Assembly: GCA_964016885.1 (NCBI GenBank) | Contig: OZ024742.1 | Span: 334,056,001 to 334,120,000 of the forward strand | Direction: 5' to 3' | Source: Eledone cirrhosa | Lineage: Eukaryota | Length of the DNA: 64,000 nt | Shown here: piece by piece, positions 11,926 through 25,500 of the stretch | Numbering within the stretch: position 1 is the first letter of the stretch | How the letters are laid out: every line of letters begins with the position of its first letter | Notes under the pieces: model-generated | What the model was told of the DNA's origin: nothing | The model's input: only the letters and a program-made list of their open reading frames with translations | The model's database searches: none | Translations under genes and position numbers: made by a program

Positions 11926-12114
11926 AACTCTAGCAGCTACGATCAAGAAAGAATATTCAATTTTACGGATCCTTTTTTAGCCTGTTTTCCCCTAACATTC
12001 CCCTCTACAACAATCGTATCTAAATTCCATCCATTATTCCCTGACAGGCAAACGCAAACACCGAAACTCTCGCGCGTACAGAGACATACATACATACATA
12101 CATACATACATACA

Positions 12115-12145
<31 letters not shown>

Positions 12146-13212
12146 GTGTGTGTGTGTGTGTATGTGTGTGTGTGTGTGTATTGGGAGGGCTGTTTGTGCG
12201 TGTGTATGCATATGCATATCTAAATGTAAGTATACATATGTGTGTACAACGAATCCAATCCAACAATCCACTGGCAGATACACACAGTTCTTGATTTATC
12301 GATATCTATTCTTGGTAAATACTTTAATGATTCCAAACCACATACAGTGTGTTCAGTTTTCATTCTCAAACCTATTTGCGCTTTCATTTTCCACCCGTTT
12401 ATTGTAAGTTTTCTGTAGACTTATACATTCTTTCTGCTCTTCTCTTCTTTCTTCAACAAAAATTCAAACTTTATCCACCTCTATACTTCTATGTTCTATC
12501 ATTTATTTCCTTCTTAATTCTCTCCCAACCACAATCTCTCAACCTTATTCTTCCTTTTATTTTCATATTCTTAATGGTTTTACAGACATTGAAACGCGAC
12601 CATACTGCAGCACAATCTTAAAGGGAATTCATCTACCACGGTGATACCCGTATTTCAATATTAAAGTCTACTACACCTTTATATTTCAACAAACGTTTTC
12701 ACAAGAACCGCTAAGTTGTGGGATAGAAATGAATAGTAAACTTAGGCACGGTCATATACACAGAAATATATATATGTATATGTATGTTTAAATACATACA
12801 TACATATATACATATATACATACATGCATATATACATATATACATTCATAAATAGACGCACACACGGGCTCACACACAACGAGCGCTCGATGAACAGGCA
12901 GAGTGTATATATTAAGAAAAGTGATGAAGTTTCGTGTATATCTATTTAGTTTGTTTATTGTGTATCGACCTGTTACGCACATTTCACAGGGGATTGGCAT
13001 CAGAATCACCCATAGAAGCCATGGTCCCGACTCCATTATTGATCTGCTCTTCAGGCGGACTTGTTGGATAACTAGACTGAAGAACAAATCGAAAATAGAG
13101 TCAGGTCTACAACTATTAAGATTGACTATGAGCCAATCCTCTGAAAAGAGCGTGTAACATGCCGATGCTCAATAAAAAACTAGATACATGTAAACGAAAT
13201 CTCATCGGTTTT

Positions 13213-13261
<49 letters not shown>

Positions 13262-13443
13262 TAAATTCAGCGAGAATCGTATTTCGGCGAGTAGAAAAAG
13301 CGAAACGAAACGCAAAATCGTATAAATGGTGGCAAGCGCTCCAATAGTTAAAAAACTACAGCTAAACAATATGTTAAAACGCCATACAAACTGTAAAAGT
13401 GGTCAAGAAGGCATTAAACACGTATATATATATATATAATAAA

Positions 13444-13556
13444 ATATGATAAAAATAGTCCTTCATCAGTGATTTGCCAACCATCATTGATATTTCATCG
13501 CGATGAAATATCAATGATGGTTGGCAATCACTGATGAAGGACTATTTTTATCATAT
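13444..13556. repeat. Spacerless 113 bp palindrome related to the 48.5-50.3 kb tandem unit
   Basis: Centre ATCG|CGAT at 13500/13501; the arms differ by a single-base indel. Confidence 0.9.
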
Positions 13557-13596
13557 GTAACCCATGTGCAACCACGCAGTATTCTTCTTTCTTCTC

Positions 13597-13877
<281 letters not shown>

Positions 13878-14175
13878 TATATATATATATAGTTATATAG
13901 TTATATTTGGGGAGGTTCATATTGTTATAATATTGTCGGAAATAATGATAAAATACACTCACTGTTCGGTTTGGATAGGTTTTCGTTTCTGTAACGTTAA
14001 TATCCTTATAGTTAATTTAGCTGGCTATCAATATTTATCATTGATTGACTAATGGTTAAACAATATATATAAATATATATATATATATATAGTCTATCAA
14101 CATTCTTTCATTTCACACCTGTGACATGATAACAATATTTGTTTCAGCACACGATTTCATATCAAAAATTTAAAC

Positions 14176-14213
<38 letters not shown>

Positions 14214-14312
14214 CCAGGGGGTGTAACTTGGGGTTACTGCAGGTTGACCCGGGAGAGCACTCGATGTTTAGGTTTACTTCTGTGATGAGGTGTAGAGCTA
14301 TACAGAGTGTAA

Positions 14313-15232
14313 TATATTGAAAGGATAACAAGGATGATTGGTTACTCCTTCATTACATTTATTGGTAGGTGACGCGCGTTTCGCCACTGATCAGCTCAGG
14401 GTTCAATCTGTATCGATCCTACTATATGATCGGCAGCTCGACGGACCCTATAAAATGCTATGAGAAAAATAAATATATGGTATGTGGTCAAGACAGAAGT
14501 TCAAGAGTTTCACAATATGAGTTGTTTTAATTGGTGGGAAGGATAAAGGGATGTGGGGGTGGATGTGATGAATAGATGGTGGTGTCGGTCGCTGACTGGG
14601 ATGGGCTGTGATGTGGGGGTAGTGGGTTTACGGTAGGTGAGTTGGCGTGCGTTGGGTGTGGTTGTGGTGTTGTTGTTTATGGTAGTGGCGTTTGTGGTGG
14701 TGTGGTGGATGTGTTGGTGGTGTCGAGTCCATGGGGAGATACATACCTAGACACTCTTAGTTTGACAAATTCGTTATATATATATATATACATGCGCATA
14801 TATATACCACACCACAGCCCATCGCAGCCAGCGACCGTCTCCAACATATTATCATCACATCCCCCACCCACATACACTACAGGCCAAAGCAAATCCGCCA
14901 CCACCACACCACAGCCCATCGCAGCCAGCGACCGTCACCAACATATTGTCATCACATCCACCCCCACATACACTACAGGCCAGTACATCCCTTTGATCCT
15001 TCCCACCAATCAAAACAACTCATATTGTCCAACTCTTGAACTTATGTCTTGACCACACAACATGTATTTCATTTTCTTATAGTATTTTAAAGTATCCGTC
15101 GAGCTGCCGATCATTGAGTGGGGTAGGATCGATACAGATCGAACCTTGAGCTGATCAGTGGCGAAGCACGCGTCACCTATCAATAAATGTAATGAAGGAG
15201 TAACCAATCGTCCTTGTTATCCTTTCAATATA
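14313..15232. repeat. Diverged inverted repeat (~300 bp arms), each arm with an HHR-like motif (14367-14448 -, 15092-15178 +)
   Basis: 14313-14615 pairs with about 14910-15232; minus copy reads GGGT-CCGTCGA-GCTGCCGATCA...TGATCAGTGGC-GAAA-CGCGCG-TC-ACCT. Confidence 0.75.
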
Positions 15233-15246
15233 CATATATATATATG

Positions 15247-15355
<109 letters not shown>

Positions 15356-15416
15356 CTGATGATTTCTAATGAATGAAACAGTTCTAGTCCTGTAGAATCT
15401 CATCTATATTAAAACT

Positions 15417-15477
<61 letters not shown>

Positions 15478-15558
15478 AATGGCGTAGACATACAAGACAA
15501 CAGGAGGAAAATATAGCACCACTGGTTATATTACACAAATATGACCCTCCCCAAGTAT

Positions 15559-15722
<164 letters not shown>

Positions 15723-15853
15723 GTGAGGTTTTTTTTACAAAATGAAAAATAACCGAGGTGTCCTACACGAGTGGAAGTATAAAGAAAAAGGGATGAAATC
15801 GAAAATGCAACTGAAGTCTTATTTTTTTTTAAAATATATATATTTATTTGGTT

Positions 15854-15891
15854 CCTTTACCGGTTTCGCAGTTCTTCTGCTTTTCAAAAGG
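15854..15891 (-). ncRNA. Minimal type I HHR with U3-A8 variant core
   Basis: CCTT-TTGAAAA-GCAG-AAGAA-CTGC-GAAA-CCGG-TA-AAGG, inside repeat 15719-15924, which recurs inverted at 44228-44465. Confidence 0.7.
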
Positions 15892-15991
15892 TGAGTTGAG
15901 ATGGAGGGTCTGTGGTTTTTCTCACATAATTTTGAGATAGAGCGCCCGTGATGTTGCTCTAGCAACATCACGGGCGCTCTATTTCAAAATT

Positions 15992-16029
15992 ATTTTTGAA
16001 AAGCATTAGAAATGCGCAACCGGTAAAAT
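15992..16029 (+). ncRNA. Diverged U3-A8 HHR paralogue, probably inactive (GCAA instead of GAAA)
   Basis: ATTT-TTGAAAA-GCAT-TAGAA-ATGC-GCAA-CCGG-TA-AAAT; stems I and II covary relative to the 15854 and 44261 copies. Confidence 0.6.
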
Positions 16030-17422
16030 CTTAAAACTAAAACTGAATACTAACCAATACTTATTACTAATTTTTACTTATTCCTAATTAAACTATTTTT
16101 CACCGGGAACAATTTGTCAGCATTTTCTTTTCCTTTTACCAATATATCACAACTCGTGTGTTACACCTCTATTCTTTTAAATATATCTATATATCTATAT
16201 ATACGTACATATATATATCTGTGCATGTATGTATATATATATACATACTACTGTACGTCTGTATACACATATGTATGTACGTGTACATCCTTATATTTAA
16301 CTAACAGACGTACTAAGAGTGGGAAATGAAATTTCGTTTCATTTTTTCCGTTTATATATATACATATATATATATATAATGAAATGACAGGAGGCTGGAT
16401 TTGTGTAAATCCTTGAAAGGTTTATTATACTATGATCATTTCAATGACCGGGTTCCTTATGAATCCGGTGATATCACCAGCTCTATCCAGTGGTGAACCT
16501 CAAACCTGACTATATATATATATATATTTATGAAAATAACAGATTAAATTTTAATCAAAGAATCGCTGCTTTCACCCTTAACGGGATCTTCTGAAACTAA
16601 AAATAATCAATATGTGAACGCAGAAGTAAATATTTCGAGAAATGTTGCAACCGAAGGTGTATATATTATATTATATATAAAGGTAGATGTGTATATAGTC
16701 ATGTGTATATGTGTATTTTGTGTTTGTGTGTGTATGCGTGTTAGCATGTATGTAAGGTGTGTATATGTGTACTTTGTGTTTTGGTTGAAGAACGTTTAGT
16801 GAATTTATGTGTATTTACCTGTAGGTATGTGTGCGTATGCGTTATTTACGTATTTATTGGTGTATATTTATATACGTTTATATAATGATATGTATACACA
16901 CATGCGTGGATGCGTGTATGTATATATTTAATTATTGTTGATTACAATAACCTCTGTCATTTTCGTTCTACTAATTTATTTACATTATTCTTAACTTTGA
17001 AGCCGAGAATCATTCGGTTTCCTAAATAGAATATTAGTCTACGACTTCATTTATACCATAAACGTGGTTTTGACTTTGCGTGTAATTGTTCTCACCGCTC
17101 CACATAATTACGTATTATCTTTGGTTTGTTTTCCGTTCATTGCCAGGGAACCTCTTCACGAACCAAAGTATCGTCTTCCTGATTTCCTTCGATTGCAACG
17201 TTTTTCGAAATATTTACTTCTGCGTCCACAGATGGATTTTTTTTAGTTTCAGAAGATCCCGGTAAGGTTGAAAGCAGCGTTTCTTTGCTTAAACTTTAAT
17301 CTGTTATTTTAATAAATATTTGCACTAGGGTTCTTATATATTTGATATATATTTTTCGTTATCGAACCCTCTTCCGATTTTAGTCTTCAAATTTGTTCTC
17401 ATTAATATATATATATATATAA

Positions 17423-17499
<77 letters not shown>

Positions 17500-17504
17500 A
17501 TATT

Positions 17505-17556
<52 letters not shown>

Positions 17557-17561
17557 ATATT

Positions 17562-17607
<46 letters not shown>

Positions 17608-17610
17608 AAT

Positions 17611-17680
17611 AGGTGGTGCTATTAAGTTAAACATGTCCTGGGCCTATACTGGCCGAAACCTATCAAAGTTATCACAGTTA
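17611..17680 (+). mobile_element. ~70 bp 3'-terminal stub of the CR1-type LINE family
   Basis: AGGTGGTG..TTAAGTTA.ACATG.CCTGGG.C.ATACTGGCCGAAACCTATCAAAGT matches 19800-19870. Confidence 0.8.
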
Positions 17681-17867
17681 TATATCTATCTATATCGTCT
17701 TCCTGTCTTCCTTCGGTTGCAACTTTTTTTGAAATATTTACTTCTGCGTTCACAGATTGATCTTTTTACTTTCAGAAGATCCCGTTAAGGGTGAAAGCAG
17801 CGGTTCTTTGCTTAAAGTTTGATCTGTTATTTTAATAATATATATATATAAATATATATATATACAT

Positions 17868-19872
17868 ACTGCCAACATCAACACACACATTCAATGGCTA
17901 TCACCCTGCTTGAGTCAAACAAATATAAACTCCAGCAATACATGATGACAATCATCAATAACTAGCAAATAGCTGAAGAGAGGTGGGCCATTGAGAAAAT
18001 CAAACTCAACCCCAAAGTGTTTTTCTCATTCGCTAAAAAACACAAGGTCACCGTTTCCACTGTTGGCCCCCTAGTTGATGAAAATGGTACACTCCAGGAC
18101 AATGCCAAAACCATGGGCGAGATACTGCAGAAACAATACTGCTCTGTTTTCAGCAACCCTGATATGGCCGATCTGGGCCGTATCAGTGATATTAACCCCC
18201 AACACACTTTATCAGACATAACGTTTGGCGCCTCTGATGTATTAGCGGCAATAAACGAAATTAAACACAATTCAGCAGTAGGCCTCGACAGGTTCCCTGC
18301 TTGTGTCCTGGAGGTGTGTCGACACCAACTTGCAACTCCTCTTGCAAATCTGTGGAGGAAATCACTGGACACTGGCTATATTCCTGAAAACCTTCTGTCC
18401 CAGTCCGTTGTCCCATTCTTCAAAAAGGGAAATAAGTTCCTTGCAGTGAACTACCGTCCGATCTCATTCACCTCTCATATTATCAAGGTATTTGAGAGGG
18501 TGTTGAGATCACGAATAACCCACTTCCTTGAAAGCATCGGCCTGCTGAACTCCAACCAAAATGGGTTCCGTAATGGAAGCGACTGCCTAAAGCAGCTCCT
18601 GCATCACTTTGGCGATGTTTTGAGAGCCTTGGGAGAGGGCTCCAACACTGATGTCATCTACCTTGATTTCAGCAAGGCCTTCGACAGGGTTGATCATAAG
18701 ATTATACTGAAAAAACTATCCAATGTTGGTGTCTCTGGAAGGTTACTACAGCGGATCAAATGTTTCCTGACAGGCAGAACCCACCATCTTGTAGTCGAAG
18801 GAGTAAAATCAAGCCCTGCCAAAGTCAGCAGTGGCGTCCCACAAGGCACTGTGTTGGGCCCACTTCTTTTCATCATCTACATTAATGACATTACTGACAT
18901 CATCAATCACAGCAACATCAGAATCTTAGCAGATGACTCCAAGCTCCAAAGGGGTCATCAATAAGGTGGGTGACCAGACTTGCCTTTAGTCAGACCTACT
19001 GGCTGTTATCCAATGGGCAAAGATGAATAATATGCTGTTGAATGAGGATAAATTTGAACTAATCCACTTTGGAAAAAAGGATGCCCTGAAACTACCATAC
19101 TCTCTTCCTTCGGGTGAAACTCTAGTGGCTTCCAATAACATCAGAGACCTGGGAGTAATTGTGGAGAACAGTATAAGCTGGGCCACTCATATAAACAACA
19201 AAGTTGATATGGCCCGCAGAATGTGGATTCTCAGAACTTTCCAGTCGAGAGATATCCACACTGTTGTCCTACTCTTCTTCACTTTTTCCCGACCTCACCT
19301 TGAATACTGTTGTCCACTGTGGTCACCCCACACGAAACAAAGTATCATGAAAGTTGAAGCACCCCAAAGGTCAATTACAAAAAAGATAGTGGCATGACAG
19401 GCCTTGACTATTGGGGTCGATTAGAAAAGCTCAAACTTTATTCTCTTCAACGTCGCCGTGAGCGCTACATTATATGTATGATGTGGGAAATATTCCATCA
19501 CCTTAGCCCAAATGATGTTGGCATCACCTTTAGTGTACACCCAAAGCTTGGGCCCCGTGCTATCCGCCCACGACAAAAATCCCACTCGCATCACATAACA
19601 ACAATACGGCACAATTATTTCAGCTCAATTGGCCCTGCACTCTTTAACATTACACCAAACACATCAAAGCAGAGACAGACCCCATCAAGTTCAGGAAGTC
19701 TTTGGATAAATTCCTTCAAGAAATCCTGGAAAAGCCTCCTACATCCGGATATGCCTCCGTAAACCATGGTGCCCAAACACTGATTTGTAAGACTTCGCCA
19801 GGTGGTGTTGTTAAGTTAGACATGGCCTGGGTCAATACTGGCCGAAACCTATCAAAGTATCAAAGTATAAAA

Positions 19873-19875
<3 letters not shown>
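17868..19875 (+). mobile_element. Decayed, 5'-truncated CR1-type LINE (RT region with frameshifts and stops)
   Basis: NYRPISFTS, NQNGFR, YLDFSKAFDRVDH, SGVPQGTVLGPLLF, ADDSK, RDLGV, RPHLEYCCPLWSP and LYSLQRRRERY spread over ORFs 18017-18964, 19023-19397 and 19394-19762; (TATCAAAG)n tail. Confidence 0.9.
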
Positions 19876-19942
<67 letters not shown>

Positions 19943-20021
19943 ATGTATGTATTTATGTATGTATGTATAATGTATTTATGTATGTATGTATTATATATGT
20001 ATATATGTATGTATATAAGTA

Positions 20022-20716
20022 CCGTATTTTGCGGCTTTTAAGAAACACCTTAAAAGAAAATATCTCAGAGAATCATGGTGTATCTTATAAACTGAAGGGT
20101 TAGTTTGCATTACCGACTCCTAGAATTCTAATGCTGGTTGGCTCTTAAATTAAACCACAATTGTACACAATGTTACGATGGCATATACACCAACAATGGC
20201 AATTCTTTTCTAAAAGAGGCTAAAATTGTAATAAATTTTATGATGAATAGATTAAATTTATTTTCACTTTCTCTTGATTTAACAATGTACCAAATGTATC
20301 AACAAAAACTACGATGTAGAGAATAAAGTATATTTATTTTCACAGTTCCTTATGCTTTCAAAATGTACTAAAATATTTGTTTCTACTTTTGGCACAAGGC
20401 CAGCATATATCTCAGTGCATTACTGGTAATCTATTTTATCGATCCCGTAAAGATAAAAAGCAAAGTTAACAGTCGGCGATATTTGAACTGAGAACGTGAA
20501 GGGCCATAACTCTATGATGCAAAGTATAGTGTCTGACGCTCTAGCGATACTACCAATCTACCGTCCTACGACTAGAATTACGATGTAGAATGATAAGAAA
20601 AAATACGATATACAAATTTTATACTCTTCACCCGACATTAATTTATATACTTTAAATGCCTGCCCAATTTGAGTTGCGTCATATAAGCATTGCGTCTTAT
20701 AAGCCGTATAATGTGT
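20022..20716. mobile_element. Possible pogo/Tigger-like MITE with a nested SINE
   Basis: TA|CCGTATTTTGCGGCTTTTAAG at the left and imperfect inverted CTTATAAGCCGTATAAT at the right; subterminal TCTTATAA motifs. Confidence 0.45.
20376..20566 (-). mobile_element. tRNA-derived SINE, family 1 (diverged)
   Basis: TTGTTTCTACTTTTGGCACAAGGCCAGC...ATTTGAACTGAGA...GATACTACCAATC. Confidence 0.8.
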
Positions 20717-21267
20717 GCGTGTCTGCATCTGCTGGAAGAATACTTTTCACTGCCATCATCATTGCATAGTTAACATATGTATAATGATGATGATAAAGTT
20801 TTTGATATTGATAGCAATTAATCTAGATGCTTCTTTAACTATTGAAGACGTTCGCGTTGTTGAAAATAATGTTGACTGTGTTGATGTAAATTATGGTGTT
20901 GATCTTGAATATTACGATGATAATGATAAAGATGGCGATGGTGATGACTAAGTTGTTTATGATGACGATAATGATGTTCATAGTGGCGATAGTAATGAAG
21001 ATGGTGATCGTTATAATCATAAGGACCAACATCAACATCAATTTTATTTCAGGATGATTATATGATAGTCTGAACACACACACACACACACATACACATA
21101 CACACTTACGTATGCATACATTTATACATAAAACTACTGTAGTCTATTATATATCTGAGTGTCTGTGTGAGTGTATATATATGTATGTGTATACACCCCT
21201 CACACACACACATATATATATATGCATATATATATATATACATATATATATATGTATATATATATTT

Positions 21268-21340
<73 letters not shown>

Positions 21341-21380
21341 TACATATATATATATATGTGTGTGTATATATATATATATA

Positions 21381-21452
<72 letters not shown>

Positions 21453-21858
21453 CGAGAGAGAGAGAGAGAGAAAGTGTGAGCGTGGCCATATGTATGAATA
21501 GAGTGTGAATATGTTTATGGGTGTGTATATGTGTGACTGCATTTGTATGTGCGTGTATCAGCTTGCCGCCCGGAAACCTTTGCTTAATCTTCAATGTTTC
21601 GCTTTCGCAATTGCTTTTGCCATATTTTTTGTCTTATTTATTCTTTATTTCCATGATCTAGATGCCACATATCTGCGATATATATTTATTCATAAATCGT
21701 ATTGGCCATGTTATAAATTGTAAATCACCCCCATTGGCTGCATACAACCAGATTTCAAATTTGCATAAATATAATATAAATTATGTATTTTCTATGTTTT
21801 TACACCATATGTACAGACACACCAACATCCATATATATATATATACACACGCACATAC

Positions 21859-21905
<47 letters not shown>

Positions 21906-22009
21906 TGTGTGTGTGTATATATATTTTCATATATGTATAAATGGATGTATATATATGTACTTATTCATATGTATATATATATACACACACACACACACAT
22001 CTATCTATC

Positions 22010-22047
<38 letters not shown>

Positions 22048-22415
22048 GATGTGTATGTGGGTGTGTATGAGTGTGTGTGTGTGTGTCTGTGTGAGCGCGT
22101 GCGTGGATGTGTGTGATTGAGTGTATATGTATGTATGCATAAATGTATGTTTGTATGTATGTATTGATGGATGGATGGATAAAATAGTATATATAATGAA
22201 TGTCAGCTTCAATTTCTTTCCGCTTTTACAAGCCATGACAGTTGTCTGGCGGCTAACATATATCACCATGAATACGTGGCCAATATAAAACAGCTACAAA
22301 TTAAAGCTATAAGTAGCAAATCATACACGTTGCATTTTCGATACAAATTTGCCGTTCAGTTCATCAGTATCTTTTAACAGCACAATATATATTATGTTAT
22401 TACCAAAGGCATACA

Positions 22416-22560
22416 TAGCATGGCCGAGTGGTGAAGAATATTAACCACCAATCTGTATGCCACGGGTTCGCTCTCTATGCTTGGTAATTTGGACACATGT
22501 CATTTATCATAGCCTCGTGTGTCAAAATGTCTTGTTAGTTAAATTGGGTAAAAGGAAGCT
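22416..22560 (+). mobile_element. Decayed SINE, family 2 (tRNA head plus CORE-like region)
   Basis: TGGCCGAGTGGTGAAG A-box, GGGTTCG B-box-like, then TTGGACA.ATGTC..T..CATAGCCTCG. Confidence 0.5.
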
Positions 22561-25500
22561 GTTTATTATATGAAGTTAAATGTCTCAGATACGGCATATA
22601 CCGATAATTATGTGATGGTTACACGTCTCTGTAGAATGCTCAACTGCATATAGATTAATTTCATGTGCAAACTATTCCATTAATTGAACAACTAGAATAC
22701 TCATATTTGAATTCGACGCAAGTCCATTCCATATTAGCAAGGAAAACTGTAATCGCTAAGTTGTTTCTAGCCATTACAGTAAGGTTTAATATATACTGGA
22801 CATATAAATCGCTCTGGATTATAAATCCTTTCTCTTTGACTTCAAACTATTAATTTAGAATTTGATATATGTATTATATATTATTTATTCACTAAGAGCG
22901 GCTCTTATTGGTTAATTTTTCCAGTCTACAGTCATTACATCACCGGTCTGCTGGGAAGACGCCTTAACTGGGATTTAGTCGCGGACAAAATCGAGAATGT
23001 GTTGCCCGGATCTCTCACTCTTCCGCTCAAATCAAATAATTATTTGTTAAATGGAAGTCGAATAAGCTTATGACAATTATGATGCTGGTAGTGATAATTA
23101 TGATTTTTGTGATGATGATTGATGTGGAAGATATGATGATAATGCTGGTTATGGGATTGATTATGAGAATTTCTGTGATGATGATTATGAGGGTGATTGT
23201 ACTGATAGGTTATTTAGCGATAATGATGATAATAAAAGGCTGAGGAAGATAATGGTTGCGGTTATAGCGATATTGATGATAACTAGGAAGAGGAGGAAGC
23301 TTTTGAAGAAGCGCAACTTCAGCGCAAGTCATTGAGACAGGGGTGGGGGGAAGATATCTGCCACGTCATCAATTCAGTTACTTAGCTGAAGGGATTTCTT
23401 TAATGTGTTCTGTTTTTTTTCATCCATGGATGATGAAGCTTTAAAAAATCGATTATTATCAAGATGAAGTAGCAGTGGTTTCTATGGCAAACACTGGGTT
23501 TAATGTTACTCTATATGTGACAGTAGTTAATAGATGTTATTTAACCTTCTTGATACCAAATCGGCCAAAACTGGTTCTAGATCTATGAAACCCATTACAA
23601 AGCTTCTTATTTGAATTGCACTCTTATAATATAATTATATATAATTACCATGTGTTGTGGTACTCACTTAGGAAGGAAATAATAATTTTAGTAACACCTT
23701 CAAAAGTCTTTATGGCTTAATTTGCATAGAGGTTATTTCATTGGAGATACCCTCTTGATGTGGATATTTTGATATTTATGAAATTGAATCCAAGCTAAAT
23801 TGAGCAGACTTAGAATCAAAACTACTATATGTAAAACTAGATTATCTAACGCTTTCTTCTCTTTCACTACATTAACGTTTGATATAAAGGCGTCGTGTGA
23901 GGTTACTATTTCTAATTGGCACAAGGCTAATCGGTGCTTCTACATAGAGTTGTAGAGGTTTTATTGGAGTGTATTGCATTAATATATTTAACATTACAGC
24001 CCACATATTTGAAAACGTAACTAACTTACTGGGAGGTGGATATTCGTAGGGTTCTTTGGCGGTTTAAGTATAGGTGCCCTCAGTCTTATAAAAAGTGTGA
24101 ATACAACATAACGCGATACTTGCTCCAGGAATCGAGACAAAGAATTTATATCCCAGACTCTATTAGGTTAAGGGAATGTACATGTGTATAGCATGGTAAT
24201 TATCTATCAGATTTTACGGGATGACTGATTTTTTTATATACAGTGAATTGGCAGAACTGTTTGAGCAACAGATAAATTAACTCAATTCTTCCTCACTGCG
24301 CTCTGAATTCCAATCATGCCGACGTCAAAGTTTCCCTTTTATCCTTTCAAGGTCAGTAAAGTGCAAGTCTTAAGAGACTGGATTAGCATTGTTAATAAAA
24401 TGTTGGAGGGGGTGCATTTCTATGCGTTCTACGTTCAAATCCCAATTCCTTCTGCCAGTGGTTGTGACCGTTAGTATTATGAACAGAAAGAAAAATGGAA
24501 AGGCTTTTTCCTCGGTCTGATCTGACGTAAGGTTGCTTCCCCTTTGTCTTATCATTTGAGCCAAAAGAAGTTTATTTGTAGTGATACTTGTAAAATGAAA
24601 TATCTTTGAGAAATGCAACTGTAGTTTTAATGATCAACAGCTCATAGAGAGCCTACTACATTTGTCAATTTCCTGTACATGACTTAACGATGATACAATA
24701 TATTCGGTTTGCTTTCTTGAACAAGCAAATTATATCGGCATTAGATTGGTTTCGGATGTGTAAAACAAATATTTCTTGAATTAAATGCAAACATATTATA
24801 TGAAGATGATTTAGTGCAAATATATTAGCACTGCGCCCATCTAAAAGACAAGATATTCGAAGAATGTGTATCTGTATATTTTTCAACACATTTCTGAAAT
24901 AATTATTGAATGAAATAATATTTCAAGGGGCAACCTTTTAATAACAAATGAGCGTTAGTCTCCTTTTCCTTGGAAATGGATCTAATAATAATGGAAACTA
25001 TCATTAACGATTTCTCGCACAGAAAAGTATTAGATTGTTGAATATGTTGACTCAGAATATAAAAATAAGATTTTTAGTAATGAAGTAATCATTCGAATTA
25101 AAGAAAATATAATGTGCCTAATGGAAAAACAGTTATGGAATAAAATGTATTGCTTTCTCTTAGTCATGGAGCCATTTCAAATAAAGAGGAAAATAATAAG
25201 ATTGATACGGCTCCAATGTGTTTCTTCTTTTATAGATCACATGGATGAAAGTAAAAGCGAGTTCCACTAGTATTTTGAATCAGAACGTAAAGCGTTAGAG
25301 AATAAAGACAATACGACATATTTAATCAAACCTTATTCTATTTCAAACAACTGGTAACATTAAGAATTTGCAGTTAACAAACATTTTGTAGGCATAGAAG
25401 TTAAAATCTAACTTACGTATATGCATATTTGTATATCTTTGGAAATATCTTTATCCATGCAATATAAACGTACATGTATTCTCAACGTGGTTAAACGATG

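Noticed and set aside
11538-12294. Mucin-like poly-Thr and poly-Val ORFs
   Set aside because: (GTA)n microsatellite with no unique coding context
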